From Octopus sinensis (Eukaryota), in the NCBI RefSeq assembly GCF_006345805.1, contig NC_043010.1, positions 868,001-932,000 on the forward strand: 64,000 nt of DNA. The letters run 5' to 3'. Position 1 is the stretch's first letter. Each line of letters starts with the position of its first letter. The translations under genes and the position numbers were made by a program. Shown here in pieces: positions 51,081 to 62,020 of the stretch. The notes beneath the pieces are model-generated. The model was not told where the DNA came from and made no database searches. It saw only the letters and a list, made by a program, of their open reading frames with translations.

Positions 51081-51858
51081 CATACATACATGCATTTCTA
51101 TAATTGTATATTGAGATATACATTGCATAAATGAGATGATATTTTATACTTCATTTTTACAATTCGATCAGTAAAGTCTTCAGACAGAACGGAAACTCTT
51201 ACAAATGTTTTGTGTAAAAGCATAAAATTCTTACACACACACACAGAAAAAAAAAAGAATAAAAAATCTCTTAAAGACAGGAACTGTCCCAGACTTAATG
51301 CCATCATAAAATTTTGATGTCTAAGCAGCTTATATCATATTATATGGTCAAGTAATAAAAACAATGAAGGATGTCATAAAAAAAAAAAGGAAATTTGTAG
51401 GATATCATATAAATTGTGATATGACATATGAGGTAGTTGTCATAAAAATGTAAAATTGTATCCAATAAAAATGTTATGGTGCTTCTGATTGCCATAGTTA
51501 ACTGATTGATCTGGTCCAGACAAATATGACAAATGGAGAAAGTTAAAGCTAAAGCTGTGTGGTTATGAACTGTGCACTGCAACCCTCTGGTTTCAGGTTC
51601 AGTACTATTGCATGGTAGCCTTAGGCTAGTGTTTTCTGCAACAGAGGTCCAAGCCCTGGTTGACCGATACCTTTGTGAGTGAATGTGAATTTGGTTAATT
51701 GCAACTGGGTAAAGCTTGTTGCATATATAACTACATACACATACACACACACATATAGGCAAATCAACTATCAATGATAAATTCCAACTCATAACCAGCA
51801 CAAGTCCAAGATATGTTCACAGTGAAAATTATTAGTTTGATGCTTCTTGAAAAAAACA

Positions 51859-51895
<37 letters not shown>

Positions 51896-52108
51896 ATATA
51901 TATGTATATATTATATATATATATACTAAGCAATAAGGGTTTAGAAACGAATTGCCTACCACATACCGAATTTAGAAATAGCAGTCAAAGGGTTATAGCT
52001 ATTTCTTCTACTAAAAAGGGAGATCTCAGTAAAACAGCAATTGGAAGGCTGACCAAACAGGTAAGAGAGAATGAATTGACTGCAATCTATCATACATTTT
52101 TTAAGTTA

Positions 52109-52212
52109 TCTACGGACGTACGTTTCGAAATCAAGGTTTTAGGAAAGCATAAGAATTAAACATTAAAATTAATACTTCTATCTTACCGAAACTTCTTTTC
52201 TCTTCAGGTAGG
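52109..52212 (-). ncRNA. Type I hammerhead ribozyme, copy 1 (first pair of helix I mismatched as assembled)
   Basis: Minus strand: CTAC-CTGAAGA-GAAA...TTTC-GAAAC-GTAC-GTC-CGTAG. Confidence 0.7.
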
Positions 52213-52705
52213 AATACTATAATCATAAATGATTATATATTGAATTTTGAGATACTAGGAGGCACCAACTCAACTCAGTTATCAGAGCGAGCTAGATCCG
52301 CAACTAGTATCACCGAATTCAAATTTGTGAATGAACGATTGTTTTTGTCAAACAGCCCCTTCGCACGGCGTGTAGCAAAACAAGATGCTGTGGTCATCTA
52401 CTGAGATAAAAATGGTTTCCGTAAATAATGAAGGGTGAAATTAATTAATTTGGAAAATTATCAATTTACCCAAGTAGTCTTGGCATGCAAAAGCCTCATT
52501 CGAGTAAAATTTAAGTAAATACTAAGCAATAAGGGTTTAGCAACGAATTGCCTTACCACATACCGAATTTAGAAATAGCAGTCAAAGGGTTATAGCTATT
52601 TCTTCTACTAAAAAGGGAGATCTCAGTAAAACAGCAATTGGAAGGCTGACACAACAGGTAAGAGAGAATGAATTGACTGCAATCTATCATACATTTTTTA
52701 AGTTA

Positions 52706-52812
52706 TCTACGGACGTACGTTTCGAAATCAAGTTTTTAGGAAAGCATAAGAATTAAACATTAAATATTAAATAATTCTATCTTACCGAAACTTCTTTTCT
52801 CTTCAGCGTAGA
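52706..52812 (-). ncRNA. Type I hammerhead ribozyme, copy 2, apparently intact
   Basis: Minus strand: TCTACG-CTGAAGA-GAAA(AG)AAGTTT...AAACTT(GA)TTTC-GAAAC-GTAC-GTC-CGTAGA. Perfect 6-bp helix I, G10.1-C11.1, complete core, GUC site between 52712 and 52711. Confidence 0.85.
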
Positions 52813-53068
52813 ATACTATAATCATAAATGATTATATATTGAATTTTGAGATACTAGGAGGCACCAACTCAACTCAGTATCAGAGCGAGCTAGAATCCGC
52901 AACTAGTATCACCGAATTCAAATTTGTGAATGAAACGATTGTGTCAACAGCCCTTCTTCGCAACCGCGTGTAGACAAACAAGATGTTGTGGGTCATCTAC
53001 TGAGATAAAATATGGTTATCCGTAAAATGAAGGGTGAAATTAATAATTCGGAATAATTATCAATTATT

Positions 53069-53445
53069 CACAAATTTGAATTCGGTGATAATAGTTTAGG
53101 ATTCTAGTAATTAATTCCCCTCATTCTTAAGGAAACTATATATATATATATTATATATATATATATAATATAATATATATATAATATATTATATAAATTA
53201 TATATATATACTGTATGTGAAGTATTATTATGTATACTGAGATCTCCCTTTTTAGTAGAAGAAATAGCTATAACCCTTTGACTGCTATTTCTAAATTCGG
53301 TATGTGGTAAGGCAATTCGTTGCTAAACCCTTATTGCTTAGTATACTTAAATTTTCCTCGAATGAGGCTTTTGCATGCCGAAGACTACTTGGTGTAATTG
53401 ATAATTTCCAAATTAATTAATTTCACCCTTCATTATTACGGATAA

Positions 53446-53446
<1 letters not shown>
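53069..53446 (-). repeat. Inverted fragments of the 596-bp unit (53069-53108 and 53236-53446) separated by (TA)n
   Basis: Reverse complements match the unit interior and the unit-unit junction, respectively. Confidence 0.9.
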
Positions 53447-53486
<40 letters not shown>

Positions 53487-53520
53487 TATATAATATATAT
53501 GTATGTATAAGTATATATGT

Positions 53521-53551
<31 letters not shown>

Positions 53552-53594
53552 ATATACACAAGCACACACACGCTTGGATGGCAATGATCAGAGC

Positions 53595-53922
53595 GTGATT
53601 GTTGCCAGAGTGGCTAACTGGTATCCATGCCGGTGGCACGTAAAAAGTACCATTCAAGCATGATTGTTATCAGAGTCGCCTTACTGGCCTTTGAGCCGGT
53701 GTGCAGGTGGCACGTAAAAAAAACCCCATTTGGGCATGGCCGTTACCAATACTGCCTGACTGGTCCTTGTGCTGGTGGCCGAGGTCGACTTTCCCGTCCA
53801 TCCTTTCGGGGTCGATAAATTAAGTACCGGTTACGCACTGGGATCGATGTAATCGACTTAATCCCTTTGTCTGTCCTTGTTTGTCCCCTCTGTGTTTAGC
53901 CCCTTGTGGGTAGTAAAGAAAT
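53595..53922 (+). mobile_element. RTE 3' UTR subrepeats fused to a SINE family B body
   Basis: GGTGGCACGTAAAAA units run into GCCGAGGTCGACTTTCCCGTCCATCC..AGTAAAGAAATA. Confidence 0.7.
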
Positions 53923-54319
53923 AGATATTCCTACATGTGTTGACAGGTAGACAATGCATTGACCACAGCTTGGGCAGTGGTAACATGTTTATGCCCTGCA
54001 TAAACAATATGTCCTGTTGTTCGTTGGTTCCAGCACATGATGACCAATAGGATAAGAATATCTTCCTTAAACGTAAGCAAAGGTTAGCAATGGAAATGCC
54101 ATCAGTCTAAAGAATACTGCCCAAAAGATCACATCCAATCCATACTAGTACACCAAAGAAGACATAAAAGCAAAAACGATGATGATGATATGAAAGTGTA
54201 TGTTTGTGAATATGTATGTAGATACTATATATATATATATGTATATATATATATGTATATATATATGTATATATATATAATATAATATATATATGTATAT
54301 ATGTATAATATATATATAT

Positions 54320-54369
<50 letters not shown>

Positions 54370-54488
54370 TAAATTAGAGACAAAACCACTATTAGGCAAA
54401 TCAAACAAGGAAAAACTTAATCCAATACATAATATTATTTAATTTATATTATTTAAATATATAACAAAATTATTAAAAAAATATAATT

Positions 54489-54570
54489 AATATCACACTA
54501 CGATCGTTTCATGCCTGCTAACATCTTCAAATTTTTGAGTTGCAGTCATTCATTAGGTGGTTTAAATATT
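54489..54570 (-). ncRNA. Type I hammerhead motif with G5A core substitution
   Basis: CAC-CTAATGA-ATG..CTGC-AAC...GTT-A-GCAG..CAT-GAAAC-GATC-GTA-GTG. Confidence 0.7.
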
Positions 54571-54605
54571 TTTCTTGGCGAGGTTTAAACAATGAACTTA
54601 TTGTT

Positions 54606-54687
54606 AATATTTAAACCACCTGATGAATGACTGCAACTCAAAAATTTGAAGATGTTAGCAGGCATGAAACGATCCTAGTGTGATATT
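54606..54687 (+). ncRNA. Type I hammerhead motif with G16.2C substitution in helix III
   Basis: CAC-CTGATGA-ATG..CTGC-AAC...GTT-A-GCAG..CAT-GAAAC-GATC-CTA-GTG. Confidence 0.72.
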
Positions 54688-56244
54688 AATTATATTTTTT
54701 TAATAATTTTGTTATATATTTAAATAATATAAATTAAATAATATTATGTATTGGATTAAGTTTTTTATTGTTTGATTTGCCTAATAGTGGTTTTGTCTCT
54801 AATTTAATATAATATAATATTTTACTATAAAATTGGATTCAATCCTAAATCTGATTTTTCCCTGTAAGTTTGGATTTATTCCCTAATATTTATTATTAAT
54901 ATATATATATATATATATATATACAAACATAAATATATATACATACATATATATATATACATAAATATATATACATACATAAATATGTATACATACATAA
55001 TATATATACAAACATACATATATATACATACATACATACATACATATATATATATATAAGTGTATGTAAGCATAGGCAAAGGCTGTACGGATGGAAAATA
55101 TGAAAAAGACACATTTACATAGACATGCACGCAGCATATATGCACATACAAACATATACACGCACAAAAACATATACACACAGAGAAACATATACATGCA
55201 TATATACAAACACACATGCACACATGTACACATACACACACACACACATGTACACACACACACACACACACACACACATGCACAAACTATAAAAAATATA
55301 TAGAAGTAGACTAACAAGTAGGTAGACAGACATTTAAGTCAGACAGAAATGTGCGTAGATGGACATTTCTATCAAGAAAGATTTTTCAAAGAAAATTGAA
55401 CCAGTCAAATGATGGAAGAAAACCAAATTACAGTGAAAGAAGGAAAAAACAAAATTAAATTATTGTGCTTGTTTGCGTATATGTGGATACGCATGTTAAT
55501 GGCATACACACTGACACACACATATGTACACAGGTTTTTGTGAGTGTGGGTTTGTACATGTACATGCATGCACATTATTATGTATGTGTGAGTATGTGTG
55601 TGTGTGCGTATATACATTCATACATACATACATATACAGTTGTTTGTTTAACCTGTTGAATGTATGTACGTATATAAGTATATAGGTATTCCTGTATGTA
55701 AGAGTTATATATAATATATATATGTATATACTATATATATATACATATATATGTATGCATGTATGTATATGTAGACATACTATATGCATCAATTGAATAT
55801 TCAAATGTATACCTATAAATGTACATAATTAAAGGCTTATGACTATATACACACATATATACATTTATATATACATCCAAGTCTATACACACACAGACAC
55901 ACAAACAGATGCACGCACACTCACACACACATGAAATCATTAACATCAAGCTACATTCACTCACACTCTCATACACACACACACATCTATATATGCCAAG
56001 ATACTCACAGTCTCACAGGTATAACATACACATCGTTACTTGTAAACAGTTATCTATTCCAATAACTTTATACATACCTGCCAACACAAATACATGCCAC
56101 AATGCATACATACACACACACACATATATATGTATACATACATACATACACACACACACATATATATGTATACATACATACATACACATATACACTTATA
56201 TATATATATATACATACACACACACATATATATATATATGTATT

Positions 56245-56275
<31 letters not shown>

Positions 56276-57365
56276 TTCTTTCTGCATGTGTGTTTGAGCA
56301 GTCGTTGTAAGAAAAAGTGATAATATTTTATCAGCCTCCACAGTGTACATAAAAACGGTAAGCAGGAAATCTTGCAGATAACATGGTTAGTTATTAGTTG
56401 AACATTGTAGCGATAAAGAAAATGGCAGCGCTAAGCCAGCAGAAATGTTAGTCTGCTGGACTAAATTCATTGCTTCTATTTAGTTCCAAGTTGAAATTTC
56501 ATTGAGATTGATTTAAACTCCATTCCTTGTTTGAGGGAGAGAGAGAGGAGGGGGAGTGAGGGAGGAGGAGGATCGAAGACTTAGTCTTTTATTGTAATTC
56601 CATTAACATCTAGAATGCTTTGTAGGAATATTAAATCTATTGCTGTACTTGATTGTTATTTTATTTTATCAACTTTGGAAGAATGAGAATCAGAGACATA
56701 GTTTCAGTCCCCTATTTATAATTTCAACCACATCTAGCATGTTTTTTTTCTGTTTTTAGAAATATTAAGTGTTCCCTAGTATTTGACTGGTACTTAACAC
56801 TGAAGGACCGATATTTTGAAGGATGGAAAGCAAACTAGTCTTCGATAATAATTCTTCTATTCCCAACCATAGATAGAGATGTGGCTGTGTGACTGAGGAG
56901 CTTCTTCCACAAATGAGGGGTCTTGGGTTCAGTCCTGCTGCACAATGTGGAGGGGCATGTGGTTTAGTGGTTAGGGTATTGAACTCATCATCTTAAGATT
57001 GTGGTTTCAATTTCTGAACTGGGTGATGGATTGTGCTCTTGAGCAAAACACTTCATCTCACATTGCTCCAGTCCACTCAGCTGGCAAAAATGAGTAACCC
57101 TCAAAAATGAGGGACTTCCAACAAGAATGATATGCAGTCAATTACTGTAAGGTATTTTGTCCAAAGTTCTAATGGACTTTAATTACCATTAATATTCTTT
57201 CTTTTACCTTTCTTTTAATTATTTTGGTCATTCAACTATGGCCATGTACTACTTTACAGAGTTCTAGTAGAACAAACTACTACTTATTTGTTTTGCTTTT
57301 TTTAACATCAGGTACTTATTCTATTGGTCTCTTTTGCTGAACCACTAGGTTATGGGGATGTAAAC

Positions 57366-57698
57366 TAGGTGATCTCAACCATTTTTATCACTGGACCCCT
57401 CTGATTACTATTCCATTCTGGTGCTCCCCCACCCCACCATATTCACTTGATGTTTAAAAACTAGTTTTATAGACATCTCTCTCAAAATTCTTGTTTTGTT
57501 TACCACAAAGACACAGACATGGCCTTGTGGACACTGAACAATGCAAAACAGGGAAAGAAACCTGGCCGTTTCTTGCAATAAATACTTTTAAAGCAAAACC
57601 TTTTCACAGACCCATAAAATACTATTGTGGAACCTAGATACTCCTTTCTTTGTATGGACCCCAAAATTTTTTATATGGACTCCACTTGAGAACCAGCG
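57366..57698. mobile_element. hAT-type MITE inserted in a SINE A copy
   Basis: Degenerate GGTTCTCAA termini; exact 8-bp TSD ATGTAAAC at 57358-57365 and 57699-57706. Confidence 0.85.
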
Positions 57699-57789
57699 AT
57701 GTAAACAAACCAACACCAAATGTCAAGTAGTGGATAGGGGACAAAACACAGACACAAAGACACACACATTAACATTCTTTTCCTCTTTT

Positions 57790-58031
57790 ATTCTTTTACT
57801 TATTCCCATCATTTGACTGTGGCTATGCTGGAGCACTACATTTAAGGGATTTTAGTCAACGAAATCAACCCCAGGATTTAGTCTCTGTAAGCTTAGTACT
57901 TATTCTATAAGTCTCTTTTGCTGAACTGCTAAGTTAGAGGGATGTAATCACACCAACATCAGTTGTCAAGTGGTGGTGAAGGCAAACACAGACAAAAACA
58001 CACATAAATATATACACACACACATACAAAT

Positions 58032-58066
<35 letters not shown>

Positions 58067-58275
58067 CGCACACGCACGCACACATGCGCATACACACACA
58101 AACACACACACACACACATACACACATACACAACAGGATTCTTTCAGTTTCCCTCTACCAAATCCACTCACAAGGCTTTGGTTGGCCTGCATTATAATAA
58201 AAAACCACTTGCCCAAGGTGTCACACAGCAGGACTGAACCCAGAACCATGTGGTTGGGAAGCAAGGTTCTTCCCA
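57790..58275 (-). mobile_element. SINE family A
   Basis: Full copy with a long internal (CA)n. Confidence 0.85.
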
Positions 58276-58816
58276 CGCCTCTTCTGATGTCCACTTTTCT
58301 ATGATTGCAAGGATTAGATAGAAATTTGTTGAGGCAGATTTTCTACAGATGGATGCTCTTCCAATCACCAACCCTCACCTGCTTCCAACCAAGGTAATAT
58401 TCCGCAGGACCAGACATGTCTTCCAAGAACCTCTCTTGTATGATGATGATGAGGATGATCACTAACAACCATCATACAATGTCTAGACAAGACTACACAC
58501 ACATATGAACACATATATAATATATCTTTTATCGTTTGCATGTTTCACTCATTTTAACTGTGACCATGCTGGGGCACTGCCTTAAAGGGATTTAGTTGAA
58601 CACATCGATCCCAGAAGTTTTTTTTTTAAAGCTGAGTACTTATTCTATCAGTGTCTTTTTGCTGAACTGTTAAGTTATGGGGACATAAATGCACCAACAC
58701 CAGTTGTCAAATAGTGGTGGAGGATAAATACAGACACAAAGACACACACATACATACACACTCACATACATACATACATACATACATACATACATACATA
58801 CATCCTATACATACAT

Positions 58817-58847
<31 letters not shown>

Positions 58848-58884
58848 TACATCCTATACATACTACATACATACATACATACAT

Positions 58885-58915
<31 letters not shown>

Positions 58916-58969
58916 TACATCCTATACATACATACATACATACATACATCCTATACATACATACATACA

Positions 58970-59000
<31 letters not shown>

Positions 59001-59002
<2 letters not shown>

Positions 59003-59667
59003 GAGACAATGACAAGAGACCGAGACCTCTGGAGATATGCTGTAATTGAGAAGACTCAGCAAGTAAAGTGAGATCACAGCCATAGCCTACACCAGTGTCA
59101 CATAACCACCCCATTTAAAACATACCTTTGAATTGTCAGGTAATATGCCATGCCTGGGAAACCTATTGAGTCAGGTAAAATCAAAAATCAAAATCAAACT
59201 CACAATCAGAATCTTAATCAAATCAAAATCAAAAATGGAAATTGTAGTTGTGGCTGATGCCAGTGCCACCTGACTGGCTCCTGAGCTGGTGACATACAAT
59301 AAGCACCATTCATGCATGGGTAATTGCCAGTATTGTCTGACTGGCTCCCCATGCTGGTGGCACATAAAAAGCACAATCCAAATGTGGTTGATGCCAGCCC
59401 TGACTGGCTCCTGTGCCAGGAGCACATAAAATGCACCCTCCAAATGTGGCTGATACCAGTGCTGCAAGACTGGCTCCCATGCTGGTGGCACATAAAAAGC
59501 ACCCACTACACTCTCGGAGTGGTTGGCATTAGGAAGGGCATCCAGCTGAAGAAACATTGCCAGGTCAGATTGGAACCTGATGCAGCCCCCTGGCTTGCCA
59601 GTCCCCAGTCAAACCATCCAACCCATGCCAGCATGGAAAACGGACGTTAAACGATGATGGTGATGAT
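59001..59667 (+). mobile_element. 5'-truncated RTE LINE 3' end
   Basis: DRDLWRYAV coding end, several GCTGGTGGCACATAAAAAGCAC subrepeats, GGACGTTAAACGATGAT tail. Confidence 0.85.
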
Positions 59668-59674
59668 ATATATA

Positions 59675-59902
59675 AGGCGGCAAGCTGGCAGAATCATTAG
59701 CACGCCGGCCAGAATGCTTAGTGGTATTTCGGCTGCCATTACATTCTGAGTTCAAATTCCTCTGAGGTCGACTTTGCCTTTCATCCTTTTGGGGTCGATT
59801 AAATAAGTACCAGTTATGCACTGGGGTCGATGTTATTGACTTAATCACTTTGTCCTTGTTTGTCCTCTCTATGTTTAGCCTCATGTGGGCAATAAAGAAA
59901 TA
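59675..59902 (+). mobile_element. SINE family B
   Basis: Full head, core and tail. Confidence 0.9.
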
Positions 59903-60291
59903 GATATATATAAGAGGCTTCTTTCAGTTTCCATCTACCAAATCCATTCACAAGGCTTTGGATGGCTCGAGGCTATAATAGAAGACACCCAAAGTGTAAC
60001 ACAGAGGGTCTGAACCCAGAACCATGTGGTTGGGAAGCAAGATTCTTACCATGCAGTCGTGCCTGGATGTATAGAGTGAAGGTAAAGAGAGCTCTGGGGT
60101 TAAACAAAGGGCACCAATATGTTCATCCCTAACATAGCCACCACTACCTTAATAAGTACCAGGCTTGAAGAAAGACCAGTTCTGGGGTCGATTCATTCAG
60201 CTAAAATTCTTCAAGATGCTGCCAAAGCATGTCGACAGTTTAATCACTGAAACAAGTAAACGATAAAACGAAAAACAAAATGAGATAAAAT

Positions 60292-60308
60292 TCAGCAGAG
60301 GGCGCTAC
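60292..60308 (+). promoter_or_regulatory. CTCF-like binding motif
   Basis: TCAGCAGAGGGCGCTAC matches the CTCF core CCASYAGRKGGCRS at all but the first position. Confidence 0.45.
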
Positions 60309-61277
60309 TGTGATCATTGAAATTGCTGAAAAAAGCAGCCAAATTATTTTAAATCCTACGATTTTGTTTTCAGAAAGGAAAGAAAAGAAAAGAAAAGGCA
60401 AGATCATATTGGATAATAATAGCCCATGGTTGGTATATTATGGTGTAAGAAGTAGGAAAGAGAAAAAACAAAACAAGCTGGAATGTCTTTGATTATAGGT
60501 CTGCTCAGATAGGGAGGATAAAGGGAGACCTGGGGTTAACCAAAGGGCACCAATATGTCCATCCCCAATACAACCACTACTACTGTCATTACCTCAAGAA
60601 TTCCTCACCGACCACCACCACAGAGCTAAAACGTGGAGAAAAAGAAAGACAAATAAGAAATCCAAAGAGAAAGATTGTCACATTAAGAAGAAAAAGATGA
60701 AGAGAAAAGGAGGAGGAAGAGGAGGAGGGGTAGACCAGAAAACAACGAAGGAGAAGATGACAAAGGAAAAAGAAGAAGAAAGAGGGGAGGAGGAGGAAGT
60801 GAAGAAGAAGAAGAAAAAGGGTGGAGCTGAGATGTGGAGGGATGAGTGGGAGAAGACAATATGGTGTAAAAGAGAAAAACCATTTCCTTGGAGAAGAAAT
60901 ATGAATTGGGTTCCATTTTCTTAGAAACACATTCTTTGTTCTGTTTTACACACACCTTTCCAACTTCTTTACAAATTGTTTGTTCATATATAAGTATTTC
61001 TTAAAGAAAAAAAATGTCAGTATGTATGTGTATACATACACTCACACATATATACATTATACATATACAGGATGTATTGATTATATATATATATATTGAA
61101 TACACACACACATGTACATACATACAAGTATATATTCAAATGTCAATACTTATATATGTGCATTCAGAAAGATTAAAACCACACACAAACACACACACAC
61201 ACATACACACACACACACAGATATTTGTGTGTCTGTATATATATGTTTAAACATATAGATCTATGCGCATATATGCA

Positions 61278-61311
<34 letters not shown>

Positions 61312-61573
61312 ATATATATATGCAGACACACATGCACATATATTCAACATTGTTATTCATTTTTAAGATAAATGAATATATATATATATATATTCATTAC
61401 ACACACACATACATGCATCATACACAAATGTATATTGCATCTCAGGATGCACACACATATACAAAGTAAAAAGCATACATATATATTGTGTGATTCAGTT
61501 TGCACATATACACAGAAACACACACTCATACTCGAAGAAACCACACACACACACACACACACACGCACACACA

Positions 61574-61622
<49 letters not shown>

Positions 61623-62020
61623 TATTCCCAATCCTATAAAAAGGAAAAAAAAACCGAAATAATAACACATAACATAGAATTCTTGAGTATTTAAAAAAAT
61701 TATTCATTTTTGTTGAAATCAAATCATTTATTGTATTCAGATTTTAAAAAATATTAGACTTTATGTTTATTCATAACCAAAATCTAATAATTCTTACGAC
61801 ATGAATATTTTGCTGTGTTTTAATCATTTTAATAATATTGTCTATGAGATTTTTTTTAACATAATGCAGACTAATTTGTACCATTCCTCTTGAATTGCTA
61901 CAACAACAGATTCCTTGCTTTTAAAAGTCTGTTATATCCAGCTTTTGCTCAATGTTCTGTTATAAAACTTCTTGTTTAGACTCAGGTCACCTCTGAGCAG
62001 ATATATAACAATTAATGACA

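Larger units (their letters stand above)
51925..53068. repeat. Head-to-tail tandem of a ~596-bp unit (one full copy, one nearly full)
   Basis: ACTAAGCAATAAGGG starts at 51925 and 52521; copies differ mostly by single-base indels. Confidence 0.95.
54361..54815. mobile_element. Foldback: 210-bp inverted arms with a 35-bp spacer (inverted Penelope-like pLTR pair by inference)
   Basis: 54361-54570 is the reverse complement of 54606-54815 with about four mismatches; flanked by (TA)n tracts. Confidence 0.9.

Noticed and set aside
51421-51445. TGAGGTAGT matching the 5' end of let-7
   Set aside because: Identity stops after 9 nt and the surrounding hairpin is only 6 bp.
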